Assembly: GCF_038025025.1 (NCBI RefSeq)
Contig: NW_027117346.1
Span: 186,001-250,000, forward strand
DNA length: 64,000 nucleotides
From: Phyllosticta citribraziliensis
Lineage: Eukaryota
Direction: 5' to 3'
This document shows positions 1-12,097 of this stretch, in pieces. The stretch's first letter is position 1. The number at the start of each line of letters is the position of its first letter. The position numbers and the translations under genes were made by a program. Under the pieces are notes generated by a model. That model was given only the letters and a program-made list of their open reading frames with translations, was not told the DNA's origin and made no database searches.

Positions 1-773
1 TGTAGACGTTAGAGTTGCTTCGTCCCGAAAAGAGGCGACCTAGGTACCTTAGCCGGGGACTCGGAGTAGTGAGCGCCGCACCGCCACAGCCATCGGCGCG
101 AGGTGATGACGAGTCACTCACTGGGGTCGTCTGTGATGCTATTTTCGTCTTGCTGGTCTGTCGACTGTCGTCAGTCGCCGTTGTCGACCTCCGGCTCCAG
201 TCGTCAGGGTCAGCGTCACCCAGGCAGACAGGTAGGTCCGTCGTCGTCGCTTGCCCCGTCTGTCCTGATAGCTTTCTACACATTAGCTGCTTCTTTGTAC
301 GGGTCGGGAAGAGGCCATGGGAAGAGGCAAGACGCGGGCGGGCTTGGCGCCACGCGTATACCGCAGCGGGCAGAAGGCGATGGCGATGGGCGACGGCACG
401 ACGGGGTGGTGGTGGCGCCGTGTGGCGTGGCGCGGCGCATGCGTCGGTTCGGGCCGGATGACGATGGATGGCGATGGCTGGCGATGAATGGTGATTGATG
501 GGACGCGTGGACGTGGAGGTAGAGGTGGAGGTAACCAGAGGGGGCGATTGCGTGGTGGTGGTGTGCCTTGCGGGACGACGGGTATAAGTGTACATAAAGA
601 GGAGGACATCCTGATGCCAACCAACGTCCTCGTAGCCCTCACGCCTCTCTCCTCTCCTCTCCTCTCCTCTCCTCTCCTTTCCTCTCGACAGCTATCCACA
701 GCTATCCAACAAATCCAACAAACAACCAATCAACGCCGCCACCATACCTCTCCTCACCAAACTCCTCGACAAA

Positions 774-1205
774 ATGTCCCACCACGGGCACGGACAACAC
801 GTACACCACGGCAACGGCCCGCCGCCGCCGCCTCCACCGCCCGGTCCCCATCATCACGGCGGCGGCCATCATCACGGCGGTCCCCCTCCTGGTCCCCCTG
901 GCGGATCTCCGGGTGGGTTTGGTGGGCCGGGGGGTCATCATGGCGGTGGTCATCAGCATGGCGGGCCCCCTGGCGGGCCCCCTGGTGGGTTCGGCGGACC
1001 GGGTGGACCGGGGCATCATCAGGGCGGAGGTCATCATGGAGGGCCGCCTGGCGGGTTTGGCGGCCCTGGCGGTCCTGGGGGCTTTGGCGGCCCTGGCGGC
1101 CCTGGTGGCTTCGGTGGTCCCCCTGGAGGCCCTGGAGGCTTTGGCGGCCCTGGCGGACCGGGACACCACGGGCATCACGGACATCATGGGCATCACGGAC
1201 CGTAA
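774..1205 (+). CDS. 143-aa Gly/Pro/His-rich low-complexity protein (GGFGGPGG repeats, HHG repeats)
   Basis: Clean ATG..TAA ORF with AAAATG context. Third codon positions vary within the peptide repeats (ggc/ggt/gga/ggg), as expected for coding rather than satellite DNA. Pyrimidine-rich leader upstream and A-rich trailer downstream. Confidence 0.8.
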   Translation: MSHHGHGQHVHHGNGPPPPPPPPGPHHHGGGHHHGGPPPGPPGGSPGGFGGPGGHHGGGHQHGGPPGGPPGGFGGPGGPGHHQGGGHHGGPPGGFGGPGGPGGFGGPGGPGGFGGPPGGPGGFGGPGGPGHHGHHGHHGHHGP

Positions 1206-1750
1206 AGTAGTGCAGTGTAGGCGACGACAGAAAAGATGAGGGATGCGGGGATTAAGGATGCAGGGAGGGAGAAAGATATACCCAAACCAAAGCAAACCGT
1301 CAACGGTTGACGGATAGAGAGAGAAATAAGAAATTCGAAATACTTTGACAGAAAGAATGAAGCAATTAAACGATGAAGTTGTAGGATTTTACTGTTTCAG
1401 TGATTAATGGAAGGGGGGAGGGGCGGTCTTGGCGTTTCAGGGGTAAGGGGGAGGCATGAAGGAGGGGAAAAGTGTCTTTCTTTTTTGACTCTCTAGTCTA
1501 TTACTATTACCTATACTGCGTGCTCAAGAGTGGAGAGAAAGGTAAAAAACAGCCGGCGAACGTCCCGTCTCTGTCGCAGGTATGCAGGCAGTCAGTCACC
1601 TAGTGTGCGGTTGGTACAAAAGCCGTACATCCAACCCACCAGAAACTCGCCACCGCAGCAGCCAAACCTCAAAGCCACTGCTTCTCCTTCTCTTCCCCTG
1701 CTCAAAGTCACAAGTCAAACCGCGGACCGCGGACCACCCTCACCCTCCTC

Positions 1751-3450
1751 CTAGCCAACATGACTGCCTGTATCATACGGGCCCGTCCCCTCCAAGACTG
1801 ACAGCGCCAGCGCTCGCGCCTCCGTCTTCCACGCATCGGATTCCTCGGCCGTGGAGTCTGCTCCCTTCTCTTCTTCCTGCTCTCCCTCTGCGGTCTGCTG
1901 CGCCTCTTGCTCCTCGGCATGGCTACTGCTCCGGCCCTCCAACGCTCCGAACGCTTGGTCGCGCCACCACACCGTCTGCGTCTCTGGGTCGGCGATCAGT
2001 GACGACCTTGGCGGAGGAGCGGTCACATGGATCTCGGGGATGTTGCGCGCGTGTGCTGGGAGGTTGTCGTTGGAAGAGGGGGTGAAGGTGGTGCTGTGGT
2101 TGTGGTAGACGGCGCCGTGGCGGTGGGAGTGGGAGTGGTCGGTGGGTTGGGGCGCGGGCGTGCTTGGGCGGTCGTCTCTCTCTTTCTGCCATGGATGGGC
2201 TGGAAGGGCTGCGAAATCTTCGCCGTCAATTCCAGCAACAGAGCCACAGCTTCCTTTCGTGGAGAAGTATTGACGCTCTTGACCAAAGCCACTCACCTCC
2301 ACACGACCATCACCTCGCTGACCATTGTCAGAAGCACGCAAAAACGCAACGCGGACATCCACCTGCTTCTTCTCGAGTTCCACCAGCGAAGCCGGCGGCA
2401 GAGCCGAGAGGCCTTGCACCAAGCCCGACTGAACGGGACTGCTCGACGGCTTGCGGGGGTCGATGCTGAGGGAGACCTGCGAGGCGAATCGACTCATGCG
2501 CTTGAACGTGTCCCTGAGATTGCTGCTGCTTTCCGTCCTCGGCAAATCGTGCTCGCTTGCTCGGAGGCTCGCCATGCTGAACATCTTCTTGACCCTGAGA
2601 TTGCTGCTGCTTTCCTTCCGCGGCAAGTCGTGCTCGCTCGTCTTGAGGCTCGCCCTGCTGAACATCCTCTTTACCTTGCGCAACGCCTGCGTGCTCTTAC
2701 TCTTCGCCAAACCACCCCTGGACTCGACGACGGTGGAAAGGGTGACGGATGAGGCGTTGGACGCCTGGGTTTGAGAGAGGCGCGACCAGGGCGCAGCGGC
2801 GTCGTTGCGGAGGTGCTCGGCGGAGAGCGTGACGTTGTTCACATGGTCTCGGATGCTGGCGAGGCAGTCGATCATCTGCTTCTCCGCGGGGGAGGAGGGG
2901 GCGCGCTGTTTTGCGGCGGTCTTGAAGGCGATACATGCCGCGAAGCAGCTCTGGAAGGCTAGGGCAGTGAGGAGGTTGACTTCGCATCCCTCCAACGTCG
3001 GCAAGGTCCTGTTCCTGGTGTTAGACAGACGAGAATCTTCAACGGGGAAAGCTTTGCTTACTTCGCCTTCGCCTCGAAAATCTCCCTCCTCTCCTCCTCG
3101 CCAATCCGCGCCGTCATCGGGATGTCGTCGATGGTCAGGCCGAGCTTGATGGCCAGCAGCCGGTTGCGACGGTGCCAGGACGCCAAAATCTTGACAAGAA
3201 TGTCGGCATAGCATTCAAACTTGTCAGCAATCTCGACCGTGGCTTTGCGCTGCAGCTTTGGGCGCAAGTCGAAATGCAGGAGGCGCGCCGCCCGGACGAG
3301 CTCCGCCTGGAACATGTCTGGCCAGAGGAGACGGTTGGCGCTCTGCAGAACGGCCTGGAACTGCAGGATCGCTTGGATCTGCTTGCTGGCCTCGCGTTCG
3401 AGGGCCGTCATCTCCGCGTGGACTGGGGAGAACGATTCGAGGGCGCCCAT
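1751..3450 (-). CDS. Uncharacterised tandem-family protein, copy 1 (about 550 aa; exons 3450-3062 and 3014-1751; alternative start at 3516)
   Basis: ORFs 3058-3717 and 1751-3214 join in frame across a GTAAGC..CTAAC..CAG intron (3061-3015), giving ...EAKAK-NRTLPTLEGCEVN. Motifs ANRLLWPDMFQ, LSALPPASLVELE and WWRDQAFGALEG are shared with copies 2-5. Confidence 0.8.
2512..2673 (-). repeat. In-frame 81-bp (27-aa) tandem duplication inside copy 1
   Basis: VKRMFSRASLKTSEHDLPRKESSSNLR / VKKMFSMASLRASEHDLPRTESSSNLR; the nucleotide anchor ccctgagattgctgctgctttcc occurs at 2512 and 2593. Confidence 0.9.
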
Positions 3451-3765
3451 CTTGAGCGTTGGTGGGACGCGGAGATGCGAGGGTTGTGGAGGAAGCGTTT
3501 GGCCAAGCACCTGCATGAACTTTATCGGAGACGGCGCGGATCTCCAGTAGCAGTTAGTAGGAAAGATCACAGAGCTGTGTTGTTTTGATTTTCTGGGTGG
3601 GTGACCGCCGAGGATGTCGTGCGGCGGGAGGTTGAAGATCAAGATCATGCGAATCAGTTGCGCACCATTTCGCCGTATCTGCCCTGGGAGTACACTTAGG
3701 CAAATCAAAGTGAGCATGGAAGAGTAGTTTACGCTTAATTGTCTTGTCTGCTTCGCAGTGCTTGA

Positions 3766-3954
3766 TTGAACATGTCGGTGATGTTTGGAAATGTGCGGAT
3801 CAAGAAGACTATCTTATTTTTCATTACTACCCACGAAAGGACCTAGACCAACTCCAATTCTTGAACATCTTGGTGATGTTTGGAAAGGTGCGGATCAAGA
3901 AGGCTATCTTTTTTTCATTACTTCCCACGAAAGGACCAAGACCAACGCCAATTC
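3766..3954. repeat. Imperfect ~95-bp tandem duplication (2 units) between copies 2 and 1
   Basis: ttgaacat..ggtgatgtttggaaa.gtgcggatcaagaag.ctatctt..cccacgaaaggacc.agaccaac.ccaattc begins at 3766 and again at 3861. Confidence 0.9.
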
Positions 3955-4165
3955 TCCCGCTCATAATGCCCGAATCCTTGTCTTTCTTGATCGAAGAGAG
4001 GATCAATTCGACCACCAGCAACTCCTTTCGTTCCAGCTTCGTTGCGGGAACTTTCCACAATGTCCGACTCGAATATGAAAGAAACAAAAACAAACGCCAA
4101 ACCATAATGGTACATGCATCATCAGCCCAGCTTGAGCATGCCACCTCCATTGGCTCAAGACCCGC

Positions 4166-5881
4166 TCAAAGCTGGCGTCCCAAGCGCTCCATCTCGTCGG
4201 GGCCGAAGCTGAGCTTCGAGAAGTCGAGATTTCCGGCACCGCCGTCCTGGCCATCGTTGCCCTCCAGCAAGGCCAATGCCTTCGCCTTCGCCAGCTCCCT
4301 CCTCTTCACCACCTCCTCCTCGGTGAGCTCCTCCTCCTGGTCTTCTTCCTCAGCTGAGTCACCACCTTCCTCTCCGTCGCGGCCAGCCTCCAAGTCCTGG
4401 AGGGCACGCTTGCGCCACCACGATTGAGCAGCCTCCGGGTCTTCGTTCGAGTCTGGCTGGCTCGAATGGTCGGGAACAGAAGCCTCAAGAATCTCCTGCT
4501 CAAGTTGGGTGAGCTCCTCTACCTCACCGTCGTCGTCCTCGAAGCGCTGGTCGATGATCTGCTTCCGGTTCGGAACGCTCTCGTGGTTGTTGCTGTCGTG
4601 GTCGTGGTAGCTGAGGCTCTCCTCGCTGGTGCTCTGGGGATTGCTCGTTTGCTCGTAGTCAGGCTGCTTGGTGGCCGTTCGGCGAGGGCTCTCGAAGACG
4701 GGACCGCTGTCGTGCCTGACCTCATTCGAACTCAATGTCGGTCGCTGGCTCGAATTGCTGACGATTCGAATCGTCTCGGCTTGAGAGAGCTGCGACTGTC
4801 GGCGGACGTTCTCGTGGTGCCTTGCGACCTCTCTCTGTTGCTGCTCAAGCACAGGGAGGGGCGCTGGTGGGAAGACAGCCAGGCGAGGACGCTTGCCTGC
4901 TTCCGAGAGTCCAAGACTGAGACGCGGGTTGGGCAAGTCTAATTTGTTGTCGTCTTCGTCGGTCTTCGTGGTGGCGTCGCTGTCCTTCTTCGCATTGCCC
5001 TTGAACTTGTTGATAAGGGACTTGAAGGGACGTTTGGAGCGGCTTGACTTGTCCTCCTTCTCCTCCTGACGCCGCCTTTCCTCCTCTGCCTCGATCCCTG
5101 CACTGATCTTGGACACATCTTGCCAGGCTTTGACTGTATCCCTGCTGAGCTGCTCGGCCGAAAAGGCTACATCTTCAAAGCGGTCCTGCACCATGTGGAA
5201 GCAGGATTGAATTGATTGAGCTGCCGCAGCAATACGAGGCAGGTCGTGCATTGATTCTCGGGTTGACTGGAATGGAGAGGCCACGCAATCAACAAAGTAG
5301 ACGTGAAGGCGCTGGGCGGCAGCAAAGTTCAATTCGCATCCATTGATGGTCGGAAGGCGCCTGTGTTGATGTCAACGCCGATCAATCAAAAAGAAGGAAC
5401 GCAAAGTAAACACTTACAGCATCTTTTCCTTGAAAGGAACAGCTTCCTGCAGCGTGCTTGGGAGGTTCTTGACGTTAATTGAGACCAGATCTCCGCTGAT
5501 ATTCTGGTTCGATCGGGTCCACAGGGCCAAAATATCGGTGACGGCGGCGCTGTGGTGTTGGATCTTGTTGACGGTCTCTGGTCTCGCGCCTTGCGCCAAC
5601 GCCATTCTGAGCTCAACATGCACCAGGCGAACTGCCCTGATGATCTCACGTTGAAAGCCGTCAGAAAAAAGCAGACGATTCGCAAGGGACGCGATCGCTT
5701 GGATCCTTGCCTCGGCACGTGGAGTCAGAAGTGACACTCGGTCCTGCAGGAGAGAGTTGACTTCGCTCTCTGAAAGGGAGGGCCGGGTGGAGGGAGCGGC
5801 GGGAGCGTGGTGAGATTGTTCGATGGGAATGCCTTCCTCATCGCGAGAGTAGAGGGATGAAGTAGGCCTTGGGTTCTCCAT
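4166..5881 (-). CDS. Uncharacterised tandem-family protein, copy 2 (about 552 aa; exons 5881-5418 and 5360-4166)
   Basis: Start MENPRPTSSLYSRDEEG. GTAAGT..TTGAC..CAG intron 5417-5361 gives KEKML-RLPTINGCELN. Contains ANRLLFSDGFQ, LAVFPPAPLPVLE, WWRKRALQDLEAG, an acidic tract and ALALLEG. Confidence 0.82.
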
Positions 5882-6328
5882 CTCGAAGTTGAAGGTTTGA
5901 AGTGTAGTGAAGAAAAGAGGGGAGATGGTAATTGGTGCCGTGTGAAGCGTTGATGGCACCGGGGACGCGAGTTGGCAAGCTTGAAAGAGGTGGTGGAAGA
6001 TTGGGGTTGAAGAAAGGTTGAGATGGTGCAGAGGAAGGTGCAGCAGCGGTGGAATTGGATTTTGGCACTGTGGGTGGAGGTCCAGCCGCGGCGGCGACCA
6101 AAAGCGTTGGTGGTGTTAATTCTGGTCAGGTCGAGTAAAGCACTCCAACATTGTCAACAAACCATGCACCACCGCAGATACGTAGCTCGTCGACAAACCC
6201 ATCGCACTCCATCATGCCTGCACAGGAGTCTCCCTTGAACCATTGATTTTACTCGGAAGAGACTACTTAGGACGTCCTCAATCGAAACTCCCTTCCTTCT
6301 TACCCATCCAAGCTTTCAGTGCCACTGT

Positions 6329-6595
6329 TGTTGGTGGTCCTGTGTAACAACACCAAGCAGTCTCCCATTACGTCATCTCAGCTACAGTTCGCCTAGATAA
6401 CTACAGCTTATCCAGACAACAACTTACTACTTTAGTTAAGATATACTTATCTATCAGCTTCACACATCTTAACAAGTTTAGGACTTATTAGTAGTTAGCA
6501 CCAGCTACTACTCCCCCTAGTAGTTTTAGTAATATATAGATAGCTCTTAGAGTAGCCTTAAATAGAGTCTTTAGTTCTCTTATCTTACTTTATCA
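6329..6595 (+). repeat. 5' LTR (267 bp, TG...CA)
   Basis: Starts TGTTGGTGGTCC and ends TTTATCA; colinear with 11251-11517. Confidence 0.92.
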
Positions 6596-9500
6596 GGTTA
6601 TAAGCCCTTATATTACATATATAAATCACTTATCTAGCTTATTTTAGTATTATACTATAATACCATCTATACAATTATTACTAATAGTTATTTTATTATT
6701 TTATTATTTTATCCCTTATTATCTCACATAATTCCTACTCTTTAGTAAATTTATTAGTATTATCTATCTCTATAACTCTAAGTAATATACTAATAGTTAT
6801 TACCTTTACTATAACTTTACCTTCCCTTCCTCCCTTATTATCTAGTAGTTTAGGCTTTACCACTACCTTATCTTCTATACCAGCTAAGCAGGCTAAGGCT
6901 AAAGAAGAGGTAGACCTAACTATAAATAATAGTAAGTTTAGTATCCCTTTAAAGAATATCTAGCTACTTAAAGGCCCTACTAACTAGGTAACCTTTAAGA
7001 TAATAGTTAAGATAAGGCTTAATCTATTCTATTATACCTATCTACTTAAGGATAAGCTAAAAAATACTACTAATTATAAGAAGGATATATATATTATCTA
7101 CTAATTTATAATAATTATTACACTTCCTATTATAATAGTACTATAGGGGCATACCAGTTTAGCTCACTCTATATAGTAGAAGCTTTATAATATATATAAT
7201 ACTAAGGGTATCCTCTCTAAGGCTAATATTATTAAGGACTTTATCTTCTATTAATATAGTAATTTTATAATAGTAAAGGAATTCTATAATACCCTATATA
7301 AATAAAGGTAAGCCTATATTAGCTATATCTAATAGTAAGTTAAGGACTAGATTCTCTATATTCTACTCCTAGAAAACTTATAGAATAATATTCCTATCTA
7401 GTATATAACTTAGCATATAAATTAGTATAATAAGAAGGAGACACCTAAGTTTAAGGATCTTTTCTATACTATAACTAATAAGATTAAATATACTAGTAAG
7501 AATAGTACTATAGCTCTTACTATTTATACTAGTTAGCAGTCTACTAAGCAGTCTAAGTCTAACCATACCACCTATAATTACTATAGAAAGAAGGGGCATA
7601 TTAAGGCTAAGTATAGCTATCTTTACCTTAAATACCATCCTACCTATTAGAAGCCAGTATTAGGGGTATTCTACATACTAGATAATTAAGTCTCTAAACT
7701 ACTAATAGTAGTAATAGTAATAATAATATTAATAACTAACCCTCTAGTATAAGGTATAAACTACTTTACCACCCTATACCTATATCTAGCTTTAATAAAG
7801 GATAAATAGATTATTAATACTAGGGCTAACACCTACTATATACTAAATTTAACTAAGCTAATAAACTACTTATAGTTTATACAGCTAGTCTAGGTATATA
7901 GTTTAGGTATAGCAATAGCTATTAGCTATAGTAATACTATACTCTACTATCCTATAAATAGTATAGTCAACACTCTTATAATAGAGGGTATTCTATATAT
8001 TCTAGTACTAATAGTTAGTCTTATCTTAGCTTTAAAACTTAAGTAGAAGGGACTATACCTAGATTAGCTTACCTCTATATTATAAATATAAAACTATAGA
8101 ATAGCTATTATAGCTTACCCTAATAGTTTAGGGGTAAATATTCTAATAGTTATTAATAATAATTATATAGTATAAGTATTTACTATAGCAACTCCTCCTA
8201 TAGTAATATATAAGATATAGTACTAGTAATTAGGGTATATCTATACTGGCGCGCTTAATAAGCTCTAGTACTAGGGATAACTTATTATTACTAGTAACTA
8301 AGACTTCTATTATAAATCCTACTATATAGCTAAGTCCTACTAGATAGTATTATATAAACTAATACCTTAAGTAGACACGCCCTTTAGACGCGTCTATATT
8401 AATATATTTAGACTACTTATAGTCAGCCATAATAGCTACTATTAGGGGGTGGTATTTATAGATAACTACTTATATCTATAATACTTATTAGTTATAAAGA
8501 CTAAGGGCAACACCTTTAATAGTATTTAAAACTTTAATAAATAGACTAAAACCTAGTTCTAATATAAGATCTAAGCCCTCTAAATAGATAATAGCATAGA
8601 GTTTAGCGGCTAAAAGCTGCTAGTATAGGTAAAGATAGAGGGTATTAAGGTTAAAAAGATAGCACTATACTTACCTAAGTAAAATAGTATTAGTAAGTTA
8701 TCTATATACCTTATTACTAGTATAGCCTACTCTATAAGTATCGCGTTAAATACACCTTAATTATTATAGATAGAAGCTTATTAATATATAGTATATCTTC
8801 TTAACTATCTTCCTACTTATATACTTAATAGTAAGATACCAGTTAACGTTTTTAATAATACTATTAGTAGGTATAAGGATGTCTAGTTACTAGTACTAGT
8901 CTTTAGTATTACTATATATACTTATATCCTAGCTAAGAAGCGTCTTAAGAGCACTAAATTTAATATAAGAGTAAAGAAAGGATAGTTTATTAGCTATAAC
9001 TATAAGTATATCTTCTAGGTATATCTCCCTTAAATAAACTAGGTTATCTATACTTAGGACGTATATTTTAGACCTCCTTAGTAGCTAGACTTAATAGCTA
9101 CTATAAATAATATAGAAGATAGAAAAGTTAAGAATAGTAATAATAAGATACTTATTATATATCTTATATTAAAAATAGTTTAAGATACTCTTAAAGGCAA
9201 TACTAAAGTAATCTATAACATAGTAGAATAAGCAATTAAAGTAGTAGAGAGGTCTAATATAGGTAGTATAGATATTAGTAGTAGAGGTAAGGAGGACGCG
9301 TTTATAGATATTATACTATTAGTAGATAAAATAGATTAGATTAATATCTCTCTAGCTAATAAATATACTAGATCTAATAATTTAGTACTTACTAACCTAA
9401 CTTTAACCCTACTACTACCCTTACTATCTCTATTACCTATACCTACTCTACTACTAATAGCACTATTATAATACCCTTAGTAGATTTATACTAAGATATA

Positions 9501-11250
9501 ATTCTTTAATAAGAAATATAGTTTAGATAATACTTAACCTCCTTAACTATCTACTTACTATATATATATCTTTACTACTATAGAAAATACTACTTATTAC
9601 TAATAAGATGCCATCCCTACTAATAAGGTTCTACCTTACTTATAGTATAAGGCCCTTATAGGGCTAAAATCTATCTATTAGAGACCCTCTATAGATAAGT
9701 AGATATAGGAGTTAACTAATACTAGCACCTTTAAAGAGACTAACTACCTATTAGATAGCTCTTAGGTACTACTACTATAATAGGTCTAGATCTATAAGCT
9801 TAATAAGCTAGGTAAGAAGGTTATCTATAAGAGCTACATTATAGTTTTAGGTAATCTTTAATATAAGGGATTTAATATATCTAAAGTATTATTACTAGTT
9901 ATTATATTTCCTACTTTTATACTATTTTTAGTAATTAACATCTATTATTACCTATTTTATAAGTAAGGGGATATTAAGACAGCCTTCCTTAATATACTAC
10001 TAAAAGACCTAGTCTATACCTATATACCTCCTAGATACTAGGTTCTATAATAAGTTTAGCATCTCTAAAGAGCCTTATACAGCTTATACTAGTTACTACT
10101 TACTTAGTTTTAGTACCTCTATAATTTCTTATACTACCTAGGTTTCTACTCTCTCCCTTTAAAACCCTATATTATAAGATACTAGGACAAGCTTATATTT
10201 ATCCTTATCTATATTAATAATCTCTATATTACTACTAAAACTAAGTCTAAAGTTAATAAAATCATCTTACTACTTAATACTAAGATCTACTTTAAAGATA
10301 TAGGCTAACTATATTACTTCCTTAGTCTTTATATTAATTAATATATAAATAGCATAATTATACTATCCTAAGGTAGATATATTTAAAATATTCTTATATA
10401 GTTTAGTATAAGTAATACTACACGCGTCCTTATACTAATAGATTCCTATAAATTACATATATATAATAGCAAGAACGACCTAGACTATTAATAGCTTTAT
10501 AGTAAGATTATTAGCTTACTTATATAGTATATAATAAGATACCACCTAGCTATTCTTTTTCCTACTACTTATCTCTTATAATACACCTATAACCTATTAA
10601 ATAAACACCTTACTACTGCTTACTAAGTCCTTTAATACTTATAGGGTATATATAATTATAGAATCATTCTATACCCTAGTAATAATAGCACTCTTAGCTT
10701 ATAAATCTATATAGATGCCACTTTTACTAATAATCTAGATACTTATTAGTCCTTATTAGGCTATATTATTATAGCTTTAGGCAGTTTACTATATATAAAG
10801 AGTAGGAGATAGAAGCTTATTAGTATATCTATAATAGAAGCTAAGTTTATTAACCTCACTCCTACTATTAAATAAGCCATCTAGATAACTTAAGTTCTTA
10901 CTAAAATAGGTTATAAGGGCCCTAATACTTAACTAATCTAGCTCTATAATAATAACAAGAACGCCATCTAATTTACTAATAGTATAGAGTTTAATACTAC
11001 TATAAAACACATTAATCTATACTACTAGTATATTAAGCAGGTAGTTATAGATAGAACTACAACTATCTCTTATATCTCTACTAATAAGATAATTACAGAC
11101 GGGCTTACTAAAGTATTAGTAATAGTTAAGTACTACTGCTTTTATAACCTTATTAGGTATAGACTAATATAGTAAGTTTTCTATTTAGTTAATACAACTA
11201 CTTATATATCTACTCTACTATAACTATCTCTTTTCTTATCCTAGGGGGTA

Positions 11251-11517
11251 TATTAGTAGTCCTATATAATAATACTAAGTAGTCTCCTATTACATCATCT
11301 CAGCTATAGTTTACCTAGATAACTATAGCTTATCCAGACAATAACTTACTACTTTAGTTAAGATACACTTATCTATTAGCTTCGCGCGTCTTAATAAGTT
11401 CAGGACTTATCAGTAGTTAGCACCAGCTACTACTCCCCCTAGCGGTTTTAGCAGTATATAGATAGCTCTCAGAGTAGCCTCAAATGGAGTCTTCAGTTCT
11501 CTCATCTTACTTCATTA
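11251..11517 (+). repeat. 3' LTR (267 bp; termini mutated to TA...TA)
   Basis: Starts TATTAGTAGTCC (transition version of TGTTGGTGGTCC), ends TTCATTA, followed by TSD ACTGT. The differences I could see from the 5' LTR are transitions. Confidence 0.92.
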
Positions 11518-11571
11518 ACTGTTGAGTTTCCTCTTCTTTTCTTCATGCTCGGTCTCACAGTCCTTCGCGTT

Positions 11572-11949
11572 TTAGGCCTTTGATGTGATCTTCGCCGCGT
11601 TCGCGTTCGCGTTCGCTTTCTCTCCGACCCTGACCGCCTCCCAGTCTTCTTGAACCCACTCCAAGATTGCGTTCTCGCCCACCTCATCAAGTTTCCGGAC
11701 CTAAGGGATCTTCTCCTCGTCGGGCACTGGAGTATCGTTGGACTTCAGCTCGTCATTGTGAACAGAAACGATCCGGAGGAGTCCCTTGGTGGTTGTCTTC
11801 GAGCTTGGGCGATTATACTGATCCAAGGGGGACCTCTATAATGCGAAAGCCATGCTTGAAGAAAGCTCCACCAACAGTGACCGCCCAATGGGCCAGAATG
11901 TGCACTTTAAGAACCAAGCTTGAAACTGATGAACTCCTTCCTTCAACAT
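11572..11949 (-). pseudogene. Possible degenerate 125-codon ORF interrupted by two in-frame TAG codons
   Basis: ATG at 11949 to TAA at 11572 in one frame, interrupted only by TAG at 11838-11836 and 11703-11701. Translation looks protein-like (…DEVGENAILEWVQEDWEAVRVGE…). No homology recognised. Confidence 0.25.
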
Positions 11950-12097
11950 TCAGAGTAGGATATACACTCTTTATAATTGCAGAAACCATTGAGTAAGTAA
12001 ACATGACTCTGGTATTTAAACTGCCTGGAAGAACAACCCCTACAGCTCTTCTTCAGTCCCGACCAGCACGAAACAGAAGCCCAAGTCGCCGCCCTCA

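Larger units (their letters stand above)
6329..11517 (+). mobile_element. Full-length Ty1/copia LTR retrotransposon, inactivated by RIP-type C>T/G>A hypermutation (5189 bp)
   Basis: Abrupt AT-rich, TpA-rich block with paired LTRs and a 5-bp TSD ACTGT (6324-6328, 11518-11522). PBS-like GGTTATAAGCCC at 6596 and PPT AGGGGG near 11243. Motifs inferred by mentally reverting transitions fall in copia order: protease WIxDTGA (~7807), integrase DNGxEF (~8585) and PEQNG (~8670), RT DxKTAFLN (~9970), ALYGL (~10070), YVDD (~10210), RNase H TEAEF, KHIDL and DGLTK (~10833-11110). Confidence 0.93.

Noticed and set aside
488..1295. Overlapping 240-aa, 197-aa and 108-aa ORFs
   Set aside because: Alternative frames of the GC-rich Gly/Pro repeat gene at 774-1205.
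3744..4427. 227-aa + strand ORF
   Set aside because: Made of the 95-bp duplication plus the antisense of the copy-2 C-terminus; no coherent protein features.
7378..7638. 86-aa ORF inside the AT-rich block
   Set aside because: Chance antisense frame within the RIP-mutated retrotransposon.
11502..11690. Arg-rich ORF apparently interrupted by the retrotransposon
   Set aside because: Rejoining across the TSD adds only about 11 codons before a stop, and the RTRTRT run comes from a short (GCGAAC)n repeat.
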